NCBI GenBank assembly: GCA_963662335.2
Contig: CAXXVD010000001.1
Span: 608,001-672,000 of the forward strand
Length of the DNA stretch: 64,000 nt
DNA from: Chloroflexota bacterium
GTDB lineage: Bacteria; Chloroflexota; UBA11872; VXOZ01
Direction of reading: 5' to 3'
Part shown: in pieces, positions 1 to 9,266 of the stretch
How positions within the stretch are numbered: position 1 is the first letter of the stretch
How the letters are laid out: each line of letters starts with the position of its first letter
The notes under the pieces: generated by a model
What the model saw: the letters and a program-made list of their open reading frames with translations, nothing else
What the model was told of the DNA's origin: nothing
Databases searched by the model: none
Translations under genes and position numbers: made by a program

Positions 1-547
1 CAAGACCTTCACCTCCAGCGGAATGCTCAACCGCCTCGGCGAGCATTTCGACGTGCCGGTGCACGAAACGCCGGTGGGTTTCAAGTTCGTGGCCCCCAAG
101 ATGCTGGCGACCAACGCCCTGCTGGGCGGCGAGGAGAGCGGCGGCTACGCCTTCCGCGGCCACGTGCCGGAACGCGACGGCATCCTGGCGGGACTCTTCC
201 TGCTGGACTACGTGGTGCAATCCGGCCGCGCGCCGTCCGAACTGGTGGAGCACCTCTTCAACCTGGTCGGGCCGCACCACTACGACCGGCTGGACCTGGA
301 CTTTCCCCAGGAAGAGCGGCAAAACATCACGGCGCGCCTGCGGGCGCACGCGCCCACGAAACTGGCCGACGGCGCGGTCGCGCGGACCCGCGACGAGGAC
401 GGCTTCCACTATACGCTGGACGACGGCGCGTGGGTCTGCGTGCGCTTCTCCGGCACGGAACCGATCATGCGCGTCTACGCCGAGGCGGAGAGCGCCGCGC
501 GGGTGCAGGCTCTCATCCAAGCCGCGCGGGCGCTTTCAGGCGTGTGA
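1..547 (+). CDS. Phosphoglucomutase/phosphomannomutase family protein, C-terminal part (5' end outside window)
   Basis: Motifs ETPVGFK, GGEESGG and RFSGTEP-MRVYAE of alpha-D-phosphohexomutases; frame is open from the window start. Confidence 0.9.
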   Translation, partial: KTFTSSGMLNRLGEHFDVPVHETPVGFKFVAPKMLATNALLGGEESGGYAFRGHVPERDGILAGLFLLDYVVQSGRAPSELVEHLFNLVGPHHYDRLDLDFPQEERQNITARLRAHAPTKLADGAVARTRDEDGFHYTLDDGAWVCVRFSGTEPIMRVYAEAESAARVQALIQAARALSGV

Positions 548-627
548 GTCTTCTGCGGCAGGCTGCCGAGATTTCCGCGTGTGTTTACCGATTCATCGAC
601 AGTTTGCCACTCCGAGCGCGGCTTATA

Positions 628-697
628 TGTCATTCCGAGCGCAGCGAGGAATCTAGGATGCCGGCGCTTTAGATTCCTCGCTGCGCTCGGAATGACA
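628..697. repeat. Palindromic REP-like element, family 1 (TGTCATTCCGAGCGCAGCGAGGAATCT...AGATTCCTCGCTGCGCTCGGAATGACA)
   Basis: Long inverted repeat; related copies at 22566-22669, 37720-37794, 42984-43060, 49403-49478 and 62096-62203. Confidence 0.9.
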
Positions 698-731
698 TTC
701 GAGAGGTCTGGTGAACGAAAAGGGTACGTGG

Positions 732-1397
732 GTGAGTGACCGCATTGCAGAGGCGCCGCAGGGCATCTTCATCACGTTCGAGGGCGTGGAAGGTTCCGGC
801 AAGACCACCCAGGTTGAACGGCTGGCCGGGCGGCTCCGCAAGTCCGGGCGTACGGTGGTGACCGCGCGCGAGCCGGGCGGCACGCCCATCAGCGACCGCA
901 TCCGCGCCGTCGTGCTCGACCGGGGCAGCGCGGAGATCCATCCCCACACCGAGGCGCTGCTGATGTGCGCCGCCCGCGCGCAGCTTGTGCATGAAGTCAT
1001 CCGCCCGGCCCTGGCGCGCGGCGAAACGGTTATCTGCGACCGCTACAGCGATTCCACCTTTGCCTATCAGGGCTACGGGCGCGGCCAGGACCTCGCCACC
1101 CTGCGCGCGCTCAATCACTTCGCCACCGGCGGCCTGGTTCCCCACCTGACCATTTTGCTGGACTTGCCCGCTGCGGCCGGGCTGGAACGGCGGTTCGGCG
1201 CAAGCGACGGCGAATCCGTAGCGGCCAACCGCATGGACCGCCTCGACCTGGCCTTCCACCGGCGCGTCGCCGCCGGGTACCACGCCCTGGCGGCAGCGGA
1301 ACCAAACCGCTGGCGTCGCGTAGACGCGGCGCGCGGCATTGAAGACGTGGCCGCAGCAATTTGGAAAATTGCCGGCGCGCACCTGGGCATTTCGTGA
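732..1397 (+). CDS. tmk: Thymidylate kinase (dTMP kinase)
   Basis: FITFEGVEGSGKTTQ P-loop, REPGGT, CDRYSDSTFAYQG; start GTG 732 or 711. Confidence 0.95.
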   Translation: MSDRIAEAPQGIFITFEGVEGSGKTTQVERLAGRLRKSGRTVVTAREPGGTPISDRIRAVVLDRGSAEIHPHTEALLMCAARAQLVHEVIRPALARGETVICDRYSDSTFAYQGYGRGQDLATLRALNHFATGGLVPHLTILLDLPAAAGLERRFGASDGESVAANRMDRLDLAFHRRVAAGYHALAAAEPNRWRRVDAARGIEDVAAAIWKIAGAHLGIS

Positions 1398-1436
1398 TAC
1401 AGTCTACGCAAGTAGGCCATTGCCCGTTGCCCGCAG

Positions 1437-1558
1437 CGCCGTCTCCTGAGGGCGAGGCTGAGGGTGAGGGGTCGCTCCGCGTAGCGCGGGGGCTTGTCCC
1501 CCGCCTCTTGCGACGCAACGTACGTCCGGTGTAGGGGCGCGACATGTCGTGCCCTTAC
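1437..1558. repeat. Cluster of short palindromic repeats, including GTAG-headed REPs
   Basis: GTAGCGCGGGGGCTTGTCCCCCGC at 1481-1504, GTAGGGGCGCGACATGTCGTGCCCTTAC at 1531-1558, and a ..GAGGGTGAGGGG element at 1437-1472; each recurs elsewhere in the window. Confidence 0.8.
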
Positions 1559-1612
1559 ACCGGACGCGGCCTACCCACATGCAATCGGACTTTTCACTGG
1601 AGAGAAGAACCC

Positions 1613-2476
1613 ATGAGCGAGCCGGCCATTCGCGTAGACGGCGTCAGCTACGCCTACGGCGACGTGAAGGCCGTGGACAACGTCAGCTTCAGCGTCGCCC
1701 AGGGCGAGGTCTTGGGCTTTCTGGGGCCGAACGGCGCGGGCAAGTCCACCACCATCAAGCTGCTCACCGGCCAGATGCGGCCCCAGAGCGGCGCAATCGC
1801 CATCCTGGGCATGGACGTTGCCAAAGACCGCGACGCCATCCAGGGCCGCATCGGCGTCTGCTTCGAGGAGAAGAACCTCTACCTCAATCTCTCCGCCAAC
1901 GAGAACCTGCGCTTCTTCGCCCGGCTCTTCGGCATCCGCGACTTCGACCCCACGCCGCTCTTGCAGCGGGTCGGTCTGGCCGACCGCGCCGGCGACCGCG
2001 TCAAGGGCTTTTCCAAAGGCATGCAGCAGCGGCTCATGGTGGCGCGCTGCCTCATCAACGCGCCGGACATCCTCTTCCTGGACGAACCCACCGACGGCCT
2101 CGATCCGGTCTCCTCCCAGGCCATTCGCCGGGTCATCGAGGAGGAAGCCGCGCGCGGCGCGGCCATCCTGCTCACCACCCACGACATGGACGAGGCGGAC
2201 AAGCTCTCGGACCGGGTGGCCTTCATCAACGACGGCACGATCGCCGCCCTGGATACGCCGGAGAACCTCAAACTCGCCCACGGCCAGCGCGCGGTGCGGG
2301 TGCGCACCCGCGCGAACGGCGAGGTGCGCGAGCAGGTGGTGCCGCTGGACGCCAGCGATACCGGCGACCAACTGAAAGCCGTGGTAGGCGCGGAAGGCCT
2401 GCTGACCATCCACACGGAAGAAGCGACGTTGGAAGCCGTCTTCATCACGCTGACGGGCCGCGGGCTGCAAGAGTGA
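1613..2476 (+). CDS. ABC-2 type exporter ATP-binding protein
   Basis: Walker A GPNGAGKST, signature FSKGMQQR, Walker B LFLDEPT, TTH switch; SD-like GGAGAG upstream of ATG 1613. Confidence 0.95.
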   Translation: MSEPAIRVDGVSYAYGDVKAVDNVSFSVAQGEVLGFLGPNGAGKSTTIKLLTGQMRPQSGAIAILGMDVAKDRDAIQGRIGVCFEEKNLYLNLSANENLRFFARLFGIRDFDPTPLLQRVGLADRAGDRVKGFSKGMQQRLMVARCLINAPDILFLDEPTDGLDPVSSQAIRRVIEEEAARGAAILLTTHDMDEADKLSDRVAFINDGTIAALDTPENLKLAHGQRAVRVRTRANGEVREQVVPLDASDTGDQLKAVVGAEGLLTIHTEEATLEAVFITLTGRGLQE

Positions 2477-2541
2477 TGGGCCGCGGCTTGCAGGAATGAC
2501 GGGCCAAAGACCACAAGATTAATTGGTAGAGGAATTCAAGC

Positions 2542-3654
2542 ATGAGCGCCAGCGCCTCGCGCGCCGCCATCCTCTGGGCAATCATCCGCAAGGACTTGCT
2601 GGAATACCGCCGCGAGCGGTTCTTCGTCGTCATCACCGTCATCGGCATCGCGCTCTACGCCACCGCCTTCTGGCTGATGCCGAGCGACGTGGACGAATCG
2701 TTTGCCGTGGGCGTACGCCAGACCGGCATGGACGCCGTCTTTGCCCAGGCCATGGGCGACCAGGCTGCGGGCCTGGAAATCGTGCAGTTCGAGACCATTG
2801 AAGCGCTGGAGGCGGCGCTGGGCGTGGGCGGCGCGGAACCGGAGGAGCCGCTGGCGATTGGCCTGGCCTTCCCCGACGACTTCCTGCAACGGGTAGCCGC
2901 CGGCCAGCAGACCACGGTGCGGGTCTACGTGGACGCCAACGTGCCCGCCGAAATCCGGCGCGCCATGGCGAGTTTCGTGCGCGAGATCGCCTACGCCCTC
3001 TCCGGCAATCCCCTGCCGGTGGCCGAGCCTGACCGGGAAGTAATCGTGCTCGGTGAAGACCGGCTGGGCGCGCAGGTGCCGTTCCGCGAAAAGATGCGGC
3101 CCCTCTTTGCCTTCTTTGCGCTCATCATCGAGACCTTTGCCCTCAGTTCGCTGGTCGCCACCGAGATTCAGGCGCGCACGGTGACTGCCGTGCTGGTCTC
3201 GCCCACGCGGGTCTCCGACTTTCTAGCCGCCAAAGGCATCCTGGGCACGGGGATGGCGTTTGTCCAGGCCGTGCTCCTGCTGCTCATCATCGGCGCGTTC
3301 ACCACCCAGCCGCTCATCTTGCTCTGCGCGCTCCTGCTGGGCGCGGTGCTGGTGACCGGCTGCGGCCTGATCGCCGGCGCGGCGGGCAAGGACTTCATCG
3401 AGACGCTCTTCTACGGCATGGCCTTCATGGTGCCGCTGATGATTCCGGCAATCGCCGCGCTCTTTCCCGGCACCGCCGCGGCCTGGGTGAAAGTCCTGCC
3501 GTCCTACGGTCTGGTGCAGGCGGTGGTGCAGGCCAGCGCCTACAACGCCGGCTGGGCGGACGTGCTGCCGTACCTCGCCATGTTGCTGGCGTGGTGCGTG
3601 GTAGCCTTCGCGGCGGGATTGATAATCTTGAAGAGAAAGGTGGAGACGCTGTGA
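2542..3654 (+). CDS. ABC-2 type exporter permease
   Basis: N-terminal TM, large extracellular loop, five further TMs, E..ART..AVLVSP motif; operonic with the ATPase. Confidence 0.9.
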   Translation: MSASASRAAILWAIIRKDLLEYRRERFFVVITVIGIALYATAFWLMPSDVDESFAVGVRQTGMDAVFAQAMGDQAAGLEIVQFETIEALEAALGVGGAEPEEPLAIGLAFPDDFLQRVAAGQQTTVRVYVDANVPAEIRRAMASFVREIAYALSGNPLPVAEPDREVIVLGEDRLGAQVPFREKMRPLFAFFALIIETFALSSLVATEIQARTVTAVLVSPTRVSDFLAAKGILGTGMAFVQAVLLLLIIGAFTTQPLILLCALLLGAVLVTGCGLIAGAAGKDFIETLFYGMAFMVPLMIPAIAALFPGTAAAWVKVLPSYGLVQAVVQASAYNAGWADVLPYLAMLLAWCVVAFAAGLIILKRKVETL

Positions 3655-4718
3655 GCGGAATGAACACGTTGCACCTATTGCGCAAGGACCTGGGCGTCGG
3701 TCCGCGCTCGCCGATCTTCCTCTACGCCATCGCGCTGCCGGTGATTCTCACGCTGCTCATTCGCGTGGTGTTTGGCAGCCTCTTCGATCCCGCGCCCCGG
3801 CTGGGCATCGTGGATGAAGGCGACTCTCAGATTGTCGAGAACGCCCGCAATGTCGAGGGGGTCGAGATTAGATTTCCGGAATCCGCCGCCGCCTTGATGC
3901 AGATGGTGGAGAAAAACGACCTGGACGCGGGCCTGGTGCTGCCCATCGGCTTCGACGCGGCGTTGCGGGCGGGCCAGATGCCCAACGCGCAGTTCTTCTT
4001 CGGCGGCCAGAGCCTGGCCTCGAACCGCGTCGTGTTGGGCGTGACCATGGTTGACCTCATCCGCGAGGCGGCGGGGGCGCCGGCGCCCATCGACGTGGAA
4101 ACCGTCACCGTAGGCGATGGCGACGCGGCGCCGCTGGTAGCGCGGCTGTTGCCCTTGATCGTCCTCATGGCGGTGCTCATCGCCGGCGCGCTCACCCCGG
4201 CCACAAGCCTGGTGGAAGAAAAAGAGAAGCGCACGCTCACCGCGCTGCTGGTCACGCCGGCCCGGCTGGGTGACGTGCTGCTCGCCAAGGGCGCGTTGGG
4301 CTTCATCCTGGCCATGGCCACCGGCACGGTCACCCTGGCGCTGAACGGCGCGCTGGGCGCGAATACTGCCGCGCTGCTGTTGGTGCTGGTACTGGCGACC
4401 CTCATGGCGGCCGAGGTCGGCCTGATGCTCGGCTCGTTCGCCAAAGACACCAAAGCGCTCTACACCATCTGGAAGTCCGGCGCCATCGTCCTGCTCGCGC
4501 CCGTGATCTTCTTCATCTGGCCCAACCTGCCCCAGTGGATAGGAAAAATCTTCCCCACCTACTACTTCCTCTCTCCCCTCTTCGAGATCGCCATCCGCGG
4601 CGCCGGCCTGGCTGACGTGTGGCCGGAACTCGCCATCGGCTTCGGCATCTGCGCGGCGTTCCTGCTGGGCGTCTACGCCCTGGGGCGGCGCATGGAGTCA
4701 ACCCTGGCCGCGACATAA
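3651..4718 (+). CDS. ABC-2 type exporter permease (second subunit)
   Basis: EEKEKRTLTALLVTP motif, same topology; GTGA overlap with the upstream stop. Confidence 0.9.
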   Translation: MSGMNTLHLLRKDLGVGPRSPIFLYAIALPVILTLLIRVVFGSLFDPAPRLGIVDEGDSQIVENARNVEGVEIRFPESAAALMQMVEKNDLDAGLVLPIGFDAALRAGQMPNAQFFFGGQSLASNRVVLGVTMVDLIREAAGAPAPIDVETVTVGDGDAAPLVARLLPLIVLMAVLIAGALTPATSLVEEKEKRTLTALLVTPARLGDVLLAKGALGFILAMATGTVTLALNGALGANTAALLLVLVLATLMAAEVGLMLGSFAKDTKALYTIWKSGAIVLLAPVIFFIWPNLPQWIGKIFPTYYFLSPLFEIAIRGAGLADVWPELAIGFGICAAFLLGVYALGRRMESTLAAT

Positions 4719-4721
4719 GGA

Positions 4722-4781
4722 CGCCTGGATGATGAAGGCAGTCTCGTGTCCGCCCATCGGCCGCAGGCCAAATTGCGTTGA
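4722..4781 (+). pseudogene. Remnant 3' tail of a TolB-like array gene (RLDDEGSLVSAHRPQAKLR*)
   Basis: Translation matches the array-gene C-termini RIDDEGNLVPANSP and RLDDKGNLMPANPQ; starts right after the permease stop. Confidence 0.65.
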
Positions 4782-4885
4782 ACCCTAAACGGAATCTGTA
4801 TGTTACTGGGGATTCTCTAATCTGTTGGCCTCATCCGTTTGACATCATGGCAATATATGCGCTCTATCAGGTATATCACCCGTGA
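4778..4885 (+). other. Junction mini-ORF J0 (LNPKRNLYVTGDSLICWPHPFDIMAIYALYQVYHP*), putative metzincin C-terminal remnant
   Basis: Hand translation; open frame from a TTG overlapping the remnant stop; C-x-PHPFDI-AIYALYQ motif shared with five other junctions. Confidence 0.7.
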
Positions 4886-4904
4886 GTTAGCAAGGAGTGT
4901 CATC

Positions 4905-6227
4905 ATGCGGCGAGATTGGTCGACGCTGCGAAGGTTTCTCCTGCTGTTCACATTCCTGATCACTAGTGCTTGCAGTGGCAGCACATCTACTAGCGAGCCA
5001 GCCTACCCATGCGGGCCATTCTTCATTGGCGAGAGGGCATACAAACAATTCCCTCTCGAATGGACGCCCGACGGCAATCTTCTTATCTTTCGCGCAGGCA
5101 CAACCATTGGAGTAGTTGATGCCATAGGTACAAACCTGCGGACGCTTGCTGATGCGAATCCGGGAAACGAACTGATGTATGGCATTCATGTGGATATCTC
5201 ACCAGACGGTAGGCAGGTTGTTTACTCCAGTTGCGAATTCCCGACGGGAGGCGGGACAATACGACCCGCAAGGAAAGACTTCAACTATGAATTAGTCTTA
5301 GTCAACCTGGAAGGCACGGAAAAACAGCGTTTGACACTGAACACACATCTCGACCTCTACCCGGCGTGGTCACCCAATGGCAGCCGCATTGCCTTTGTTG
5401 CGAACCCGCGCAGCAGGCACGCGGAACTCTATGTTATGGCGGCAGATGGGTCAGATGTGCGGCAGGTAGCAACCACGCTCATAGAATCGGTTACCGAGAG
5501 ATACGGCAAGAGACTAGCGACAAACGCCCTACATACGCACTGGAAGAGAGGAGAGGGAGAAGATCTCAGCGATGACGAAGACGCGTGGTTGGGTGCCGTA
5601 GCCCTTGCGCCGCCGTTGTGGTCGCCCGACGGAAAGCGCTTGGCGTTCTTGGTCGAGGAAGGGGAGTATGGGCCGTATCAGAAGATCCTGTACTCGGTGC
5701 GCGCAGATGGAACAGACTTGAAGCGTGTGGCGGCGACGGAAGCTTTGCCAGCCTGGTCACCGGATGGGCAAAGGATAGCTCTGGTAACGTATGCCGGCGA
5801 TGATTTGGCGCTCTACACAATACTGGCAGACGGTTCTGACCCAAAGCTGATAACCACCGTAACAGAGAAGGAGACCTTCGAGCATCGGAACTCCCGATAC
5901 TTCAGCGCGGATTTTACTCTGTCGTGGTCGCCGGACGGCGCCCAGATACTCTATACCTGTGACTTTGGCGCGTGTGTAGTGAACGTAGGGAATAGCGAAG
6001 TTACTGTCTTGGTGGAGGGAACGACAAAGTGGGACGAAGAGACGTACATTGCAGCGTGGTCACCAGACGGTGCCCGCATTGCTCTGTACGTTCCCGGCAA
6101 TGACTACTACAACATACCGACCCAACTCTACACGATAGCCCGCGACGGCACCGACCGCCGCGACCTGATAGCCCTGGACACCAGCGGCAACCTGGCTCCG
6201 GCCAACCCACCGAAGGAGGCACCGTGA
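4905..6227 (+). CDS. TolB-like (PD40/WSPDG) beta-propeller lipoprotein, array gene 1 (C-terminal type A)
   Basis: AAGGAG SD then ATG 4905; lipobox ITSAC; repeated WSPDG blades; conserved YPCGP and SSCEF cysteines. Confidence 0.9.
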   Translation: MRRDWSTLRRFLLLFTFLITSACSGSTSTSEPAYPCGPFFIGERAYKQFPLEWTPDGNLLIFRAGTTIGVVDAIGTNLRTLADANPGNELMYGIHVDISPDGRQVVYSSCEFPTGGGTIRPARKDFNYELVLVNLEGTEKQRLTLNTHLDLYPAWSPNGSRIAFVANPRSRHAELYVMAADGSDVRQVATTLIESVTERYGKRLATNALHTHWKRGEGEDLSDDEDAWLGAVALAPPLWSPDGKRLAFLVEEGEYGPYQKILYSVRADGTDLKRVAATEALPAWSPDGQRIALVTYAGDDLALYTILADGSDPKLITTVTEKETFEHRNSRYFSADFTLSWSPDGAQILYTCDFGACVVNVGNSEVTVLVEGTTKWDEETYIAAWSPDGARIALYVPGNDYYNIPTQLYTIARDGTDRRDLIALDTSGNLAPANPPKEAP

Positions 6228-6321
6228 TGAACAGTGATCGGAAAATCCCTTATTTGCCAAGTTCCTTTCAAGAACCTGACTGTTCACCACACCCGTTTGA
6301 CATCCTGGCTATATATGCGCT
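6111..6321 (+). repeat. ~210 bp direct repeat spanning gene tail plus mini-ORF (copy 1)
   Basis: Near-identical to 7509-7718; tail part also matches ~10560-10681. Confidence 0.9.
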
Positions 6322-6340
6322 CTATCAGACAATTCCGTAA
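6227..6340 (+). CDS. Junction mini-ORF J1, 37 aa MNSDRKIPYLPSSFQEPDCSPHPFDILAIYALYQTIP (intact copy)
   Basis: ATG overlaps gene 1 stop (TGATG) and follows AAGGAGG; intact frame to TAA 6338-6340; motif conserved with synonymous changes across junctions. Confidence 0.6.
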   Translation: MNSDRKIPYLPSSFQEPDCSPHPFDILAIYALYQTIP

Positions 6341-6356
6341 GCAAAGGACTGTGAGC

Positions 6357-7625
6357 ATGCGACGATTCTGTTTGGCCGCATTGGGGCTGGCACTGGCCTT
6401 AAGTGTTGTCAGTTGCGGCCCACGGCAAACCGATGTATACGATGGAGACGCTTACCCATGTGGCCCGTTAGGGTTGGATGGCCCCTACCTCAATTTGGAA
6501 AGACATGTCCTTAACTGGACCCCGGACGGCTCTCAGCTCATTTTCCCCCACGATACAACCATTTGGATCGTTGACACCGCCGGAGTTCGGTTGAATGCGC
6601 TGGTTGACGTGAACCCGGACAACGAGCTTGGCTACGGCTTCCACGCCGATATTTCGCCGGACGGCACGCGCATGGTATATGCCACCTGCGAGTTCCACTC
6701 AAGCGACACCTTGTTTGTGCAACGAGATGACTACAATTACGAGATCGCCGTTATCAACCTCAATGGCACTGGTCGCCAGCGACTCACGACGAACCGAATA
6801 CTTGACTACTTTCCCGTTTGGTCGCCCGTCGGCAACCGTATCGCCTACATATCGAACCCTAGAGGAGCCAGCGACCACACCAACGAACTCTTCGCGATGG
6901 CAACGGACGGGTCGGACGTCCGGGACGTATTATCAAGTGCCACGCCTGCGAAAGTTAGCGATAGAAGACTGTATGGCAAGGTCGTGCTAGCGCCACCGAT
7001 GTGGTCGCCGCCAGACGGTAGCTACTTAGCATTTCTGGTGAATGAAGGAAGCAATATACCGTATCGGCACATTCTCTACACGGTGCACCTTGGTGCGATG
7101 GAGTTGACCCGGGTCGCAGAGGTGGCGGGTCTGCCGGAAGGCAGCCTTGTGCCAATCTTGCCGTCCTGGTCGCCGGATGGCGAACATCTTGCTTTCGTAA
7201 TGGCCGATGAGGAGGGTACGCCTGCCGGCGTCTACACTATCCGTCCAGATGCAACAGACCTGCGGCAGGTGCTGGAACCGCAAGCACCAGGTTGGAGAGT
7301 ATTCCACGTGGCTTGGGCGCCGGATGGTGCCGAGATTCTCGTCGTCACTGATCAGGGGTTGCATTTCATTCAGCCGGACGGTAGCGGTCTGCGCATGGTG
7401 GACCAGAGTACCGCGTTTCATGACTCCGTTGATAGCCTAGGGATTGCTGTGGCATGGTCACCTGACGGCACACGTATTGCGTTGTACTTACCAGGCGCTG
7501 CCTACAAGAACATACCGACCCAACTCTACACAATAGCCCGCGACGGCACCGACCGCCGCGATCTGATAACCCTGGACGCCGACGGCAACCTGGCTCCGGC
7601 CAACCCGCCGCAGGAGGCGCCGTGA
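6357..7625 (+). CDS. TolB-like beta-propeller lipoprotein, array gene 2 (type B)
   Basis: AAGGA SD, MRRFCLAAL... signal peptide, lipobox VVSC, WSPDG repeats, YPCGP and ATCEF. Confidence 0.9.
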   Translation: MRRFCLAALGLALALSVVSCGPRQTDVYDGDAYPCGPLGLDGPYLNLERHVLNWTPDGSQLIFPHDTTIWIVDTAGVRLNALVDVNPDNELGYGFHADISPDGTRMVYATCEFHSSDTLFVQRDDYNYEIAVINLNGTGRQRLTTNRILDYFPVWSPVGNRIAYISNPRGASDHTNELFAMATDGSDVRDVLSSATPAKVSDRRLYGKVVLAPPMWSPPDGSYLAFLVNEGSNIPYRHILYTVHLGAMELTRVAEVAGLPEGSLVPILPSWSPDGEHLAFVMADEEGTPAGVYTIRPDATDLRQVLEPQAPGWRVFHVAWAPDGAEILVVTDQGLHFIQPDGSGLRMVDQSTAFHDSVDSLGIAVAWSPDGTRIALYLPGAAYKNIPTQLYTIARDGTDRRDLITLDADGNLAPANPPQEAP

Positions 7626-7718
7626 TGAACAATGATCAGATTGCCCCTCATTACCAAGTTCCTTTCAAGAACCTGACTGTTCACCACACCCGTTTGACAT
7701 CCTGGCGATTTATGCGCT
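7509..7718 (+). repeat. ~210 bp direct repeat spanning gene tail plus mini-ORF (copy 2)
   Basis: Aligns with 6111-6321 with scattered substitutions and a 1-nt indel. Confidence 0.9.
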
Positions 7719-7734
7719 TTGTGAGACAAAGTGA
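7625..7734 (+). pseudogene. Junction mini-ORF J2 (MNNDQIAPH/PSSFQEPDCSPHPFDILAIYALCETK*), 1-nt frameshift
   Basis: ATG-to-TTTGAC distance is 68 nt versus 69 nt in J1; otherwise collinear. Confidence 0.7.
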
Positions 7735-7754
7735 CACTTGAGGACTCTATTGCT

Positions 7755-9119
7755 ATGGATTGGATCAAGCAGTTACCTATGTTCGTACTTGCCGCTGTAG
7801 TGTGTCTTGGCATGACTGCGTGTGCGCAAGAAAAGGGCGAAGGATCTGGCATGGATACACAGCCGACTTCCACGCCTTCAGTGCTGTCCACTCCGCTCAC
7901 CCCGCTGCCGACGCCAAGGGAAAAGGGGGACGAAACTTTGGTATTGCCCTGCGGGCCGACACCTCAGGAAGCAGGCGGTCATGATTTCTATGGCTTCGGC
8001 GATGTCTTTCTAGAGTTCACGCCAGATGGCTCCCAGCTAATGTTTTCTTACAGCACTTCCATTTGGATCGTTGATGTTGCGGGTACCCAATTGCGTATGC
8101 TGGTGAATGCCAATCCCCGAGGCAGCTTTGAATACGGCTTCCATGCCGACATTTCGCCTGACGGTACGCAGGTCGTCTTTTCGACCTGCGATTACCCTTG
8201 GGACGCTCAGAGTTTTGCCGCTAGGCATGGCAATGCATTGCTCTCACTGCCCGTATACTCACCTGACAAGTATGATATTGCCTTGATTGACATTGACGGT
8301 GACGCGCCACGGCGACTCACTAAGAGTCGATACTTGGACCACTTTCCGGCATGGTCGCCCGACGGAAGTCGCATCGCTTACATCCACTTCCTTGATAGTA
8401 CCCGCATGGGAATACCCCCCAGAACCATCCGAACGATGACGGCAAACGGCTCCGAGTGGCAGGAGGTTCAGAAGACTCGCAGTTTGGCAATTGCTGCCGC
8501 ACGGCTGGCGTGGTCGCCGGATGGGAAGAAGCTAGCATTCCTCGTACATGACTGGGAGAACTGGCCGCGTCAATATACCCTCTACACCGCCCTCGCCAAT
8601 GGCTCCGAATTGCGGAAAGTGGCTGAGAACGTTGTAAGCGACGCGGCATGGTCGCCGAATGGACAGCTTATTGCACTAGCAAGGCTCGTCGGCGAGGAAG
8701 TAGGGCTCTACACTCTGGCCGCTGACGGCTCCGACCAGAAGCTGATTGCTGCCATTAACGACATAGAGGGGTACCTGGACTGGTCTGTTGAATTCACATC
8801 TTTGTTGGTGAACTCGGAGGCGTGGTCGCCGGATGGCACTATGCTTCTCTATTCTTGTCTTGAAGGCGCATGCGTAATTGATGTCGAGAGTGGACAGAGC
8901 ATCGGGCTGGTATCCGACAGTGCAGTGAGGTATCGCCAACCTTTCATTGCAGCTTGGTCTCCGGACGGCTCGCGAATCGCGATCTATACGCCCGGGCACA
9001 CTTTTGACGGCGTACCGGCCCGGCTTTTCACAGTAGCCCGTGACGGAAACGACCACAGCGATCTGATACGTATAGATGACGAGGGCAATTTGGTGCCAGC
9101 GAACTCGCCAAGAGAATGA
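7755..9119 (+). CDS. TolB-like beta-propeller lipoprotein, array gene 3 (type A)
   Basis: GAGGA SD, lipobox MTAC, P/T-rich linker, LPCGP and STCDY, WSPDG repeats, YSCLEGAC motif. Confidence 0.9.
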   Translation: MDWIKQLPMFVLAAVVCLGMTACAQEKGEGSGMDTQPTSTPSVLSTPLTPLPTPREKGDETLVLPCGPTPQEAGGHDFYGFGDVFLEFTPDGSQLMFSYSTSIWIVDVAGTQLRMLVNANPRGSFEYGFHADISPDGTQVVFSTCDYPWDAQSFAARHGNALLSLPVYSPDKYDIALIDIDGDAPRRLTKSRYLDHFPAWSPDGSRIAYIHFLDSTRMGIPPRTIRTMTANGSEWQEVQKTRSLAIAAARLAWSPDGKKLAFLVHDWENWPRQYTLYTALANGSELRKVAENVVSDAAWSPNGQLIALARLVGEEVGLYTLAADGSDQKLIAAINDIEGYLDWSVEFTSLLVNSEAWSPDGTMLLYSCLEGACVIDVESGQSIGLVSDSAVRYRQPFIAAWSPDGSRIAIYTPGHTFDGVPARLFTVARDGNDHSDLIRIDDEGNLVPANSPRE

Positions 9120-9256
9120 ACCATGTTTAACTATCCCATATTTTCGCCTGACCCTCTGCTAGCCCATGGCAGACGCGAATCCTCGGCGTGCCTGACTGTT
9201 CACCACACCCGTTTGACATCCTGGCAATCTACGCTCTGTACCAGACGTTACCGTGA
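9116..9256 (+). pseudogene. Junction mini-ORF J3 (MNHV*...*...VPDCSPHPFDILAIYALYQTLP*), two in-frame stops
   Basis: ATG 9116 overlaps gene 3 stop and is in frame with the motif; stops at 9128 and 9149. Confidence 0.7.
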
Positions 9257-9266
9257 GGAAAGACTG

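Noticed and set aside
6111-7718. Diversity-generating retroelement TR/VR pair
   Set aside because: Mismatches are not confined to adenines (C/T changes occur), both copies are gene tails, and no reverse transcriptase is in the window.
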